DNA from: an uncultured Acidobacteriaceae bacterium
GTDB taxonomy: Bacteria; Acidobacteriota; Terriglobia; Terriglobales; Acidobacteriaceae
Length of the DNA stretch: 33,314 nt
NCBI GenBank assembly: GCA_964243645.1
Contig: CAXTGE010000014.1
Location: forward strand, 1 to 33,314
Reading direction: 5' to 3'
Below the pieces are notes generated by a model, which saw only the letters and a list, made by a program, of their open reading frames with translations, had not been told where the DNA came from and ran no database searches. Shown here one piece after another: positions 1-8,161 of this stretch; positions within the stretch are counted from its first letter, which is position 1; each line of letters opens with the position of its first letter. Both the position numbers and the translations under genes were made by a program.

Positions 1-461
1 CCATAGGTGCGGGAGAGGTGCTGGTGGTAGAGGCTCAGGGGCAGATCCAGCACGGTGGTGACGAGGAGGTAGAGGGAGGTGAAGACGAGGCACTCCCGCC
101 AGAAGGCGCGGGTGGTCTTGCCCTTTGAACGCAGGGAGGCGCTTGCGGCGAGTGCACGAGTGCGCATCCAGGCGATAACTCCCAGCCAGAGCAGAAGGAC
201 AAATTGCAGGAGGGACCAGACCGAGCCGCCAAAGCCGATTACCCGGCGCACTTTTTCGAGATGCTGGGCTTTGGTGAGCTTTTCGGGAGACAGAGTGTAA
301 TCAGGGAGATTGCCGTGGGGCGGCGCGGCGGCGAGCTCCTGGATGGCGTACACGGCCGCGGCGTATTCCGCGGATGTCTCCTGCGCGCGGGCGGCGATGC
401 CGGTGAGGGCGAGGACGATCAGAAGGATAAGAAGTGCTGCTCGCATTGCTGGTCGTGTCAT
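1..461 (-). CDS. M48 (Ste24-like) membrane metallopeptidase, N-terminal part; runs off the left edge
   Basis: Not in the ORF track because it is open at the edge. Hand translation from ATG 461 (or 446): MTRPAMRAALLILLIVLALTGIAARAQE...DYTLSPEKLTKAQHL...WSLLQFVLLLWLG...LYLLVTTVLDLPLSLYHQHLSRTYG. This is a signal peptide plus TM helices and an LDLPLSLY..LS..YG pattern like Peptidase_M48_N. The HExxH motif would lie outside the window. Confidence 0.65.
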   Translation of the reverse strand, partial: MTRPAMRAALLILLIVLALTGIAARAQETSAEYAAAVYAIQELAAAPPHGNLPDYTLSPEKLTKAQHLEKVRRVIGFGGSVWSLLQFVLLLWLGVIAWMRTRALAASASLRSKGKTTRAFWRECLVFTSLYLLVTTVLDLPLSLYHQHLSRTY

Positions 462-533
462 TGGGTTGTATGAGTGTGGATGAGGCTGTGACAGCAAGCA
501 AGGGAAAAGCCGGACAGCGTCTAAGTGATATGA

Positions 534-624
534 GAGGTGTGTCCGTTTCGTTTTGCGTGAGGGAGTGGTGGGCGAGGTGTGTCCGTTCAGTTCTGAGTTT
601 TAGAGTTTTGAAGCGTGTCCGTTC
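534..624. repeat. Three spaced direct repeats of GTGTCCGTT in the divergent intergenic region
   Basis: GAGGTGTGTCCGTT occurs perfectly at 534-547 and 574-587, and GTGTCCGTTC at 615-624. An inverted partial copy, CGGACA, is at 511-516. Confidence 0.75.
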
Positions 625-726
625 GGTTTGAGTTTGGGTTGGGGCCGTTTGGGCGTACCAAGTCGGGTTAGTTAGAGGGCTACGGCGCGGTGAGCCAAGG
701 TATGCTGGGCGGGCAGGGAGGAATGC

Positions 727-996
727 ATGGCCACGAAGAAGTCTGCGAGCAAGAAGGCAGCGGGAACGACAGCGACATCAGAAACGAAGGCACCGGCAAA
801 GGCCGCGGCGAAGAAGGAAGAGGGGAAGGCAGCCCCTCCCGAGCAGCCGAAGGCAGCGGCAACCAAGAGTGCCAAGGCAAAGCCGACTCACCATGATATT
901 TCCGTGCAGGCCTATCTGCTCTGGGAGCGCGATGGCAAGAAGCATGGCCATCACGACCAGTACTGGGCGCAGGCGGAAAAAGATCTGCACGGGTGA
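727..996 (+). CDS. DUF2934-domain small protein with a Lys/Ala-rich (histone H1-like) N-terminal tail
   Basis: C-terminal ISVQAYLLWERDG...HHDQYWAQAEKDL matches the DUF2934 pattern (I..AY.LWE..G...W..AE). A GGAGG SD precedes the ATG. Confidence 0.85.
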   Translation: MATKKSASKKAAGTTATSETKAPAKAAAKKEEGKAAPPEQPKAAATKSAKAKPTHHDISVQAYLLWERDGKKHGHHDQYWAQAEKDLHG

Positions 997-1068
997 AGCG
1001 CGGCAAGACCTGATAGGAAGGCACTCCGGGCTCCCCTGGACGATCCGCTACACTGGCCGTGGGCGCAG

Positions 1069-3027
1069 GTGCGCGCGTGTGGGCCTCTGGTGGTGCGTGT
1101 GAATCAGGTTTTTGATGGCTTTGGAAAGCGTTCTGGGACGTGGCGTAGGATTGCGGCTTGCGCGGTCGCCGGTCTGACGGTGGGGCTGTTGCCGGCGCCG
1201 GCGCAGCATGGAACACCCCGCATGGAAGCGACGGTGTCGGGGGCAACGGGCCGCGAGGCCGCGGCGAAAGCCGTGCCGGCGCGCGCCGCAGGTTCGGTCA
1301 AGAGCGCTGGCTCTGGCGATCCTGTATTGATCCAGGCGATGGAAAATGAACTTCATCGCGCGATGGGGGCGTTGGGCGCGGCGATGACGCCTGTGGCCCT
1401 GCCGGTAGCCGCCTCAAGCGGTGGGAAGCCGGGAGGCAGCAGTTCGGAGCCGGTCAAGCCGTACTTTCTCAGCTACCAGGTCGCCGATGCGGAGACGGTG
1501 AACATCACCGCGCAGTTCGGCGCGGTGACACAGTCCACGAGCAATCACACACGTATGGCGGATGTGCAGGTGCGGCTGGGATCGCCGGCGCTGGACAACA
1601 CGCATGGAACGCATCGCACCAGCGCCCTGACCACGCTACCGCTGCCCTTGACGGACGATCGCAACGCCATTGAGCGGTCGCTCTGGTATGCAACGAACCG
1701 CGGCTACGGCAAGGCACTGGACGCGCTGGAGAAGGTAAAGACAGAGCAGCAGGTGCGCGCCAAGGAAGAGGACACATCAGCGGATTTCTCCGCCGAAAAG
1801 TCCAAGGTGGAAGTCGTTGCGGCAGAGCCGCCGCTCACCCTGGATAAAGCCATGTGGGAGGGGCGTCTACGCGAGGTGACGGCGCTGTTCCGGACGCACG
1901 AGCACATCACGTATGACATGGCCATCCTGCAGACCTCGCATGAGACGGACTACTTCGTCTCGAGCGAAGGCACCAAGGTGACGGCCCCGAACCAGGTGGC
2001 GCGGCTGGTGGTGGTTGCGCGCACACGGGCGGTTGACGGCATGGACCTGTTCCGCGCCGAGACGTTTGAGGCAGACGCCACGGGACATCTGCCCGACCAG
2101 GCCGCTGTGCTGGCGAAGACGGAGGCCATGGCGAAGAATCTGGACGACCTGCGGGTCGCGCCGATCACCGAACCTTTCAATGGGCCGGCGATTCTGAGCG
2201 GCAGGGCGTCGGCGGTGTTCTTTCATGAGGTGCTGGGGCATCGGCTGGAAGGGCAGCGACAGCGCGGCGATGAGGAGGGGCAGACCTTTACGAAGCTGCT
2301 CGGCAAGCAGATCCTCCCGCCGTTCATGTCCGTGGTCGATGACCCGACGCTGCGCGATTGGAAGGGCCAGCCGCTGAGCGGACACTACCTGTTCGACGAT
2401 GAAGGTGAGCCCGCGCAGAGGGTGCAGCTGGTCGATGATGGCGTGCTGAAGACCTTTCTGATGTCGCGGCTGCCGGTGGCGAGTTTCGCGAACAGCAATG
2501 GGCATGGGCGCGCGGAGACGGGCAAGATGCCGACCGGGCGGCAGGGCAACCTGATTGTGACCTCGACGAAAGCCGTGAGCGACGCGGAGCTGCGCGAGAT
2601 GCTGAAGGCCGAGGCGAAGAAGCAGGGCAAGGCGTATGGGCTCTACTTTGAGGACATCAGTTCTGGGTTCGCGGTGACTACACGGAGCTCGCCACAGGCT
2701 TTTCAGGTGATCCCGCTGGTGGTGTACCGGGTGTATGTGGATGGCCGGCCCGATGAGCTGGTGCGCGGGGTGTCGATCGTGGGCACGCCGCAGGCCGCGC
2801 TCAGCCGTATTGTGGCCACGAACGACCATCCCGATGTGTTCAACGGCGAGTGCGGTGCCGAGAGCGGTACGGTGCCGGTGAGTGCGGTGGCACCGGCGAT
2901 GCTGGTCAGCGAAATCGAGACGCAGAGGCAGTCGCAGGGCACGGCACGGCCGCCGATCCTGCCGCCGCCGACGGTGATGCGGCGAGCTGCTGTGAGTATG
3001 GGGACGGCTGCGAAAGGTAGTGAGTAA
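1069..3027 (+). CDS. tldD: TldD-family metalloprotease (catalytic subunit) with a putative signal peptide; true start may be GTG 1099
   Basis: FHEVLGH (HExxGH zinc motif, ~2224), VDDPT, FDDEGEPAQRVQLVDDGVL, SNGHGR, and a C-terminal Cys in ECGAESG equivalent to the TldD zinc-ligand Cys. N-terminus RRIAACAVAGLTVGLLPAPAQ looks like a signal peptide. Confidence 0.85.
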   Translation: MRACGPLVVRVNQVFDGFGKRSGTWRRIAACAVAGLTVGLLPAPAQHGTPRMEATVSGATGREAAAKAVPARAAGSVKSAGSGDPVLIQAMENELHRAMGALGAAMTPVALPVAASSGGKPGGSSSEPVKPYFLSYQVADAETVNITAQFGAVTQSTSNHTRMADVQVRLGSPALDNTHGTHRTSALTTLPLPLTDDRNAIERSLWYATNRGYGKALDALEKVKTEQQVRAKEEDTSADFSAEKSKVEVVAAEPPLTLDKAMWEGRLREVTALFRTHEHITYDMAILQTSHETDYFVSSEGTKVTAPNQVARLVVVARTRAVDGMDLFRAETFEADATGHLPDQAAVLAKTEAMAKNLDDLRVAPITEPFNGPAILSGRASAVFFHEVLGHRLEGQRQRGDEEGQTFTKLLGKQILPPFMSVVDDPTLRDWKGQPLSGHYLFDDEGEPAQRVQLVDDGVLKTFLMSRLPVASFANSNGHGRAETGKMPTGRQGNLIVTSTKAVSDAELREMLKAEAKKQGKAYGLYFEDISSGFAVTTRSSPQAFQVIPLVVYRVYVDGRPDELVRGVSIVGTPQAALSRIVATNDHPDVFNGECGAESGTVPVSAVAPAMLVSEIETQRQSQGTARPPILPPPTVMRRAAVSMGTAAKGSE

Positions 3028-4755
3028 GTGGGGCCAACGAAGCGTCGTTTCTCCTATGCGGGTTTGGGTCTGAGTGTTCTCGCTGCGGGTACAGGTTTGC
3101 AGGCACAAGTGGTCTCGGCTGTATCGAGCACAGGCGTGAAACAGTTCGATCGCGTTCAAGGTGCAAGCGCGGTTATTACCGATCCGCTGCTGCGGGCCAT
3201 GGGGGAGGAGTTAACGCGAGAACGCGAGCAGTTGCTCCTGCCCGGCATGCAGCGGCCCTACTTCATTGAGTACCGGCTTGAGGACATCCATAGCTATGAG
3301 GCTGTGGCGAACTATGGTGCCCTGACAGGAGAGACGGAGAACCGGCAGCGTGTCGTGCGCGTTGAGTTGCGCATCGGCGATTACAAGGTGGATTCGAGCT
3401 CGGTGCGCGGCACCGGATCGCTGGCGTTGGCACCGGGCGATGATGACCCGGACGCCCTGCGCGAGGCGCTCTGGGCGGCGACTGACGAGGCCTACAAGGC
3501 GGCTTTAAGGAACTATGCCGCGAAACAGGCGGCGTTGAAGCAGTTTCAGACTCCACCCACGGCGGACGACTTTACCCCGGCCAAGGCCGTAATCGCGGAA
3601 GAGCCTCTGCGGGAGTTGCAGCTTGACAGGAGCGAGTGGAAGCGGCGGCTGGTTGAGGCGAGCGGGCTGTATGCAAAGGCTCCCGAGGTACGCGCGTTCA
3701 TGGCGGATGTGCAGTACTCGAGTGCCTCGGTGAACGCCATGGTGGTGAATCGTTACACCGTGAACACGGATGGGTCGGCTGTGCGGCATGGCTTTGCGGG
3801 GTACCAGGACAACCTCTCCGTGGGAGGCCAGGCCGCGGACGGCATGCAATTGGGACGCAGCAACGGCTCGACGGCTACAACGGGCGCAGGGCTGGAAAGC
3901 TGGGAGGCCCTGCGGAGGCGCACGCTGGACAATCTAACGAGCTTTGAGGCGCTGCGCCAGGCTCCGGTGGTGGACGCGGAGGATTACCACGGGCCGGTGC
4001 TGTTTTCAGGGGACGCCGCAGCCGATGTCGTCACGCACCTGTTCATGCCGAACATCGAGGCAGACCGCCCGGAGGTCGGTACGCTGGCGCGTACAGTGGG
4101 TGCTTACCAGTCCAGCTATAAGAGCCCGGTGCTGCCGGCCTTCCTTACCGTGGTAGACGATCCAACGCTGCGTGATTTTCATGGCAAGGGATTGCTCGGG
4201 GCCTACAGCGTCGACGATGAGGGCGAGCCTGCCGTTCCGGTGACGGTGGTCAACCATGGCAAGCTGGTGAGTTACCTGTTGAGCCGCGAGCCGGTGAAGG
4301 ATTTTCCGGAGTCCAATGGGCACGGGCGCGCAGCGCTTGGCGGCCCAGCCCATGCCCATGCTGGTGTGCTGCTGGTCAAAACGGACCAGACCACGACACT
4401 TGAGGGGATGCGGACGAAGCTGTTGGCTCTGGCCAAGGATCAGGGCCGAGACGTGTACGAGGTGGAGACGCTGGGTGGCGGTGAATTGGCACCGCGGCTG
4501 CTGTATCGCGTGTCGCCGAACGGCAAGCGGACGCTGGTGCGAGGCGCTGTGTTCGATGAACTCGATCAGCGGTCGTTGCGATCGGAGATCGTTGCCGCGG
4601 GTGGGGAGCCGTATATCGCGCAGCAGATCTCCCCGTTGCCTCAAACGACGATCACGCCTGCGTTGCTCTTTGCCGATATCGCGGTGAAGCGCGGCAACCA
4701 ACCGCAGGACAAGCTGCCGTACTACCCGCCGCCGCCGGGAGCGAGGGCGCAGTAA
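3028..4755 (+). CDS. TldE/PmbA-like non-catalytic partner with a putative signal peptide
   Basis: Paralogous to the upstream gene (PYF, VVDDPTLRD, DDEGEPA, SNGHGRA) but lacks HExxH. It starts immediately after the tldD stop. N-terminus is KRRFSYAGLGLSVLAAGTGLQAQ. Confidence 0.8.
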   Translation: MGPTKRRFSYAGLGLSVLAAGTGLQAQVVSAVSSTGVKQFDRVQGASAVITDPLLRAMGEELTREREQLLLPGMQRPYFIEYRLEDIHSYEAVANYGALTGETENRQRVVRVELRIGDYKVDSSSVRGTGSLALAPGDDDPDALREALWAATDEAYKAALRNYAAKQAALKQFQTPPTADDFTPAKAVIAEEPLRELQLDRSEWKRRLVEASGLYAKAPEVRAFMADVQYSSASVNAMVVNRYTVNTDGSAVRHGFAGYQDNLSVGGQAADGMQLGRSNGSTATTGAGLESWEALRRRTLDNLTSFEALRQAPVVDAEDYHGPVLFSGDAAADVVTHLFMPNIEADRPEVGTLARTVGAYQSSYKSPVLPAFLTVVDDPTLRDFHGKGLLGAYSVDDEGEPAVPVTVVNHGKLVSYLLSREPVKDFPESNGHGRAALGGPAHAHAGVLLVKTDQTTTLEGMRTKLLALAKDQGRDVYEVETLGGGELAPRLLYRVSPNGKRTLVRGAVFDELDQRSLRSEIVAAGGEPYIAQQISPLPQTTITPALLFADIAVKRGNQPQDKLPYYPPPPGARAQ

Positions 4756-4762
4756 CCGTTCA

Positions 4763-5986
4763 CTATGCCTGCTGACCTGAAGGGAGGTTGTGCGGGTCGG
4801 TTTCGGAGGCGGCCATCGCCGCCAGCTTGGGCTTGGCGGAGTCATCGTGGAATCGAGCTTTCAGACGCAGGCAGGGCGCCTCAAAGTAGCGGAAGCTGAG
4901 CCACGCTGCCACTACGGACAAGGCATACGTGACTGCGGCTTCCAGGAGCACCGCCGCGCCTTTGGAATGCAGGGCCGTACGGAAGAAAGCACGCAGCGGT
5001 GTGGAGATCAGCATCGCGATCGTCGGGTGAAAGATGTACAGGCCATAGCTGTAGCGCCCGTGAAAACGCAGTGAGCGTGCCGAGAAGAATCGCTGACTGC
5101 GGCTGTCCGGTCGCAATGCCGCGGCGATCATTGCCGCAAAGGTAAGAGCAAGAACACAGGGCACCCACACGGCTACAGCGAGATATACGTTGAAGTAGAA
5201 GCCCGGGTAGTGAAGATAGAACAACACCAGAACCAATAAGCCGACGAGCAGAGCGGGGCGACATACCCGGAGCAGCCATTCGCGGTAGCGGCTTCGAAAA
5301 ACGATTGCGAGACAAGCTCCCGTGAGCAGGCCATCGAGACGGGCCGGTGTCCAGGAGTAGAGGATGTACGGGTTTCCTGCGGCCTGGGGCGTGTGCCAGA
5401 GATAGAGTCGCACGCCAAAGGAGAGAATTGCCCCGGCCCCGGCGACGAGCGCGATGCGGCGTCGTTTGCGAAGCAGGAAAACCAGCATTGGCCAGACAAG
5501 GTAGAACTGCTCCTCAACGGCAAGGGACCAGAAATGGTTGACGTTGATCCACCATGCGTTTGTGGGGGGTCCCGCGCCGAAGAGATTTTCGGTGTACGTC
5601 AGGAATTGAAGGGTGTTGAGGGCACGCCAGTGCGCTCCGCCGAGACGGCTGAGGAGATAGAGAAATAATAGAAAGCCGTAATAGAGCGGAAAGATACGGA
5701 GTGCGCGACGTGCGTAGAAGTTGCGAAAGAAGTGTCTGGAAGGGAGCGTGTCATAGAGGATGCCTGTGATCAGGAAACCTGACAGAACAAAGAAAAGATC
5801 GACCCCCACCCAGCCTGCCGAATGCAGGGAAACCAGCATGAGCACCCATTGCGGAGCCTGAAGGACGGGGTTGGACCAGAGCAGGTGATCGGCCAGTACG
5901 AGCAGGATGGCCGTACCGCGTATGCCGTCCAGGGCAGGGAGGTGGCGTCCTGTCGTGGAGTTGTCTGGAGGGGAAGGAGCGTTCAC
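4763..5986 (-). CDS. Acyltransferase family 3 (OafA/YrhL-like) membrane O-acyltransferase
   Basis: LPALDGIRGTAILLV..H, GVDLFFVLSGFLIT, FYARRALRIFPLYY, HFWSLAVEEQFYLVWP, GRYSYGLYIFH, SFRYFEAP. About 10 TM segments and no SGNH domain. Confidence 0.92.
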   Translation of the reverse strand: MNAPSPPDNSTTGRHLPALDGIRGTAILLVLADHLLWSNPVLQAPQWVLMLVSLHSAGWVGVDLFFVLSGFLITGILYDTLPSRHFFRNFYARRALRIFPLYYGFLLFLYLLSRLGGAHWRALNTLQFLTYTENLFGAGPPTNAWWINVNHFWSLAVEEQFYLVWPMLVFLLRKRRRIALVAGAGAILSFGVRLYLWHTPQAAGNPYILYSWTPARLDGLLTGACLAIVFRSRYREWLLRVCRPALLVGLLVLVLFYLHYPGFYFNVYLAVAVWVPCVLALTFAAMIAAALRPDSRSQRFFSARSLRFHGRYSYGLYIFHPTIAMLISTPLRAFFRTALHSKGAAVLLEAAVTYALSVVAAWLSFRYFEAPCLRLKARFHDDSAKPKLAAMAASETDPHNLPSGQQA

Positions 5987-6067
5987 TTCCTCATCGTCGC
6001 AGATGTTTGTGGCATGGGATGAGTGAGGCTTTTGGTGCGCGTGTAGGATGGGCCCACAGGAGAGAGC

Positions 6068-8137
6068 ATGCGTCTGTCACAGTGGCTGGTTCTGGCCGGG
6101 CTGAGTTTTGGTGGGTGGGATGGAGTTGCTGCGCAGCAGCCGGTGGCTATGCCGGTACCGTCGGTCGAGCCATTAACGAAGATGCCGTACTCGCCTTCGC
6201 TGGATCTCACCAGCCTGGATCGCGCGGTGGACCCCTGTGTCGATTTCTACAAGTTTTCCTGTGGTGGATGGATGACGCGGAACCCGATCCCTGCCGATCA
6301 GGCAGGGTGGAGCGTGTACGCGAAGCTGGCGAACGACAACCAGCAGTTTCTGTGGGGCATTCTGGAGGCGGACGCCAAGGCGACGGGACGTACGCCCGTG
6401 CAGCAGAAGGTGGGCGACTACTTCGGGAGCTGCATGGATACCGCCGCGATCGATGCCGCGGGCCTGAAACCGCTGGAGCCGGTTCTGGGGCGGGTGAACG
6501 CGGCCGGATCGCGCGAGGCGCTAGCCGCGATGCTGCCCACGCTCGCTCACGAGAACATGGGGAGTTTTTTCTTCAGTACGGGCACCGAACAGGATGCGGT
6601 GAGCGCATCGACGATGATCGTCGGCGTGGGTGCCGGAGGCCTGGGCCTGCCGGATCGCGATTACTACGTGAACACCGATGCCCACAGTGTGCAGATTCGT
6701 GAGGGGTACCGTGCTTTCGTGCAAAAACTCATGGTGCTGGCAGGGGAGTCACCCGAACAGGCAAAGACCGATGCCGATACGGTGCTGCGCTTGGAAACGG
6801 TGTTGGCGACGGCGCAGCTGACGCGCGTGGAGATGCGCGATCCGCACAAGATCTATCACCCCATGCAGCTAAGCCAGCTGCAAGGGATCGTACCCGCGGT
6901 ACAGTGGCAGCCCTTCTTTGCCACGGAAGGTGCGCCGGCTGTCGCGAAGCTGAATACCTCGCAGCCGGAAGCTATGAAGGCGGTGCAGACGGTGCTTGCG
7001 ACCGAGTCCGTGGCGGCGCTGAAGACCTATATCCGTTTTCATCTGCTGGTGGCCGCGGCACCGTATCTCGCCACGCCGTATCGGCAGGCGCAGTTCGATT
7101 TTTATTCGCACACACTGCGGGGCGTGGCGCAGGAGCCGCCGCGCTGGAAGAGCTGTGTGCGGGCAGTGGACAACAACCTGGGTGAGGCCCTTGGGCAGGA
7201 GTTCGTCGCGCGTACCTTCTCCGCCGATATGAAGGCCAAGACGGAACTCATGACCGGGCAGATTGAGACGGAGATGGGCAAGGAGATACAGGGACTTGAG
7301 TGGATGAGCGCGCCCACCAAGGCCGAGGCGCTGCGTAAACTGCATGCCATTCGAAACAAGATCGGCTACCCGGCGAACTGGCGCAATTACACGGCGTTGG
7401 AGGTCAAACAGGACGACTACTTCGGGAATACTCGGCGTGCCAATGCGTTTGAGGATGCGCGGCAGTGGGCGAAGCTCGGCAAGCCGGTGGACCTGAACGA
7501 GTGGGGCATGACACCGCCGACGGTGAACGCCTACTTCAATCCACAAATGAACGACATCAACTTTCCCGCCGGCGTGCTGCAGCCGCCGCTGTACGATCCA
7601 TCGCTGGATGACGCACCGAACTATGGCAACACCGGAGCGACAATCGGCCATGAACTGACGCATGCCTTTGACGATGAGGGCCGGCAGTTCGACGCCGGGG
7701 GCAATCTGCGTGACTGGTGGACCCCCGCCGATGCCAAGGGCTTCGAAGACCATATCAATTGTGTGCGTAACCAGTACGCCAGCTACGTCGTTGTCGATGA
7801 CATTCACATTAACTCGAAGCTGACCAGCGGAGAGGATGTGGCGGACCTCGGCGGCACTTACCTCGCCTACCTGGCGTGGAAGCTCCAGGAGACGGGCAAG
7901 ACGCTAAAGGACATGGATGGCTTCACGCCCGACCAGCGGTTCTTCATCGGCATGGGTCAGTGGGCGTGTGAGAATGCGCGGCCGGAGAACCTGCGAGTGC
8001 AGGCCATTACGGATCCTCACTCGCCGGGTTTTGCGCGCATCAATGGTGTGGTTAGCAACATGCCGGAGTTCGGAAAGGCGTTTGGCTGCAAGGCCGGTCA
8101 GCCCATGGTGCATGCACCGGCATGTAAGGTGTGGTGA
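6068..8137 (+). CDS. M13 family (neprilysin/PepO-like) zinc metallo-endopeptidase, secreted
   Basis: Signal peptide; DPCVDFYKFSCGGW, GLGLPDRDYY, KIGYP, VNAYF, FPAGVLQPP, IGHELTHAFDDEG (HExxH), GEDVAD (ExxxD), DPHSP. GGAG SD upstream. Confidence 0.95.
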   Translation: MRLSQWLVLAGLSFGGWDGVAAQQPVAMPVPSVEPLTKMPYSPSLDLTSLDRAVDPCVDFYKFSCGGWMTRNPIPADQAGWSVYAKLANDNQQFLWGILEADAKATGRTPVQQKVGDYFGSCMDTAAIDAAGLKPLEPVLGRVNAAGSREALAAMLPTLAHENMGSFFFSTGTEQDAVSASTMIVGVGAGGLGLPDRDYYVNTDAHSVQIREGYRAFVQKLMVLAGESPEQAKTDADTVLRLETVLATAQLTRVEMRDPHKIYHPMQLSQLQGIVPAVQWQPFFATEGAPAVAKLNTSQPEAMKAVQTVLATESVAALKTYIRFHLLVAAAPYLATPYRQAQFDFYSHTLRGVAQEPPRWKSCVRAVDNNLGEALGQEFVARTFSADMKAKTELMTGQIETEMGKEIQGLEWMSAPTKAEALRKLHAIRNKIGYPANWRNYTALEVKQDDYFGNTRRANAFEDARQWAKLGKPVDLNEWGMTPPTVNAYFNPQMNDINFPAGVLQPPLYDPSLDDAPNYGNTGATIGHELTHAFDDEGRQFDAGGNLRDWWTPADAKGFEDHINCVRNQYASYVVVDDIHINSKLTSGEDVADLGGTYLAYLAWKLQETGKTLKDMDGFTPDQRFFIGMGQWACENARPENLRVQAITDPHSPGFARINGVVSNMPEFGKAFGCKAGQPMVHAPACKVW

Positions 8138-8161
8138 TGCCGGTTCCGCCCGGCCGATGAG

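Noticed and set aside
534-624. Mini CRISPR array
   Set aside because: Repeats are only 9-14 bp, there are three copies, and no cas genes are in the window.
1867-3159. Long antisense and alternative-frame ORFs (also 4006-4845, 6869-7807, 10085-10936, 11159-11941, 20355-21191, 25018-26127)
   Set aside because: These are shadows of real genes in GC-rich DNA, with Arg/His/Pro-rich translations and no family motifs.
727-4755. RiPP cluster (small ORF as precursor plus TldD/TldE as leader peptidase)
   Set aside because: No YcaO, radical SAM or other modifying enzyme and no exporter is present. The small ORF is a DUF2934 protein with no signal peptide, while TldDE look exported.
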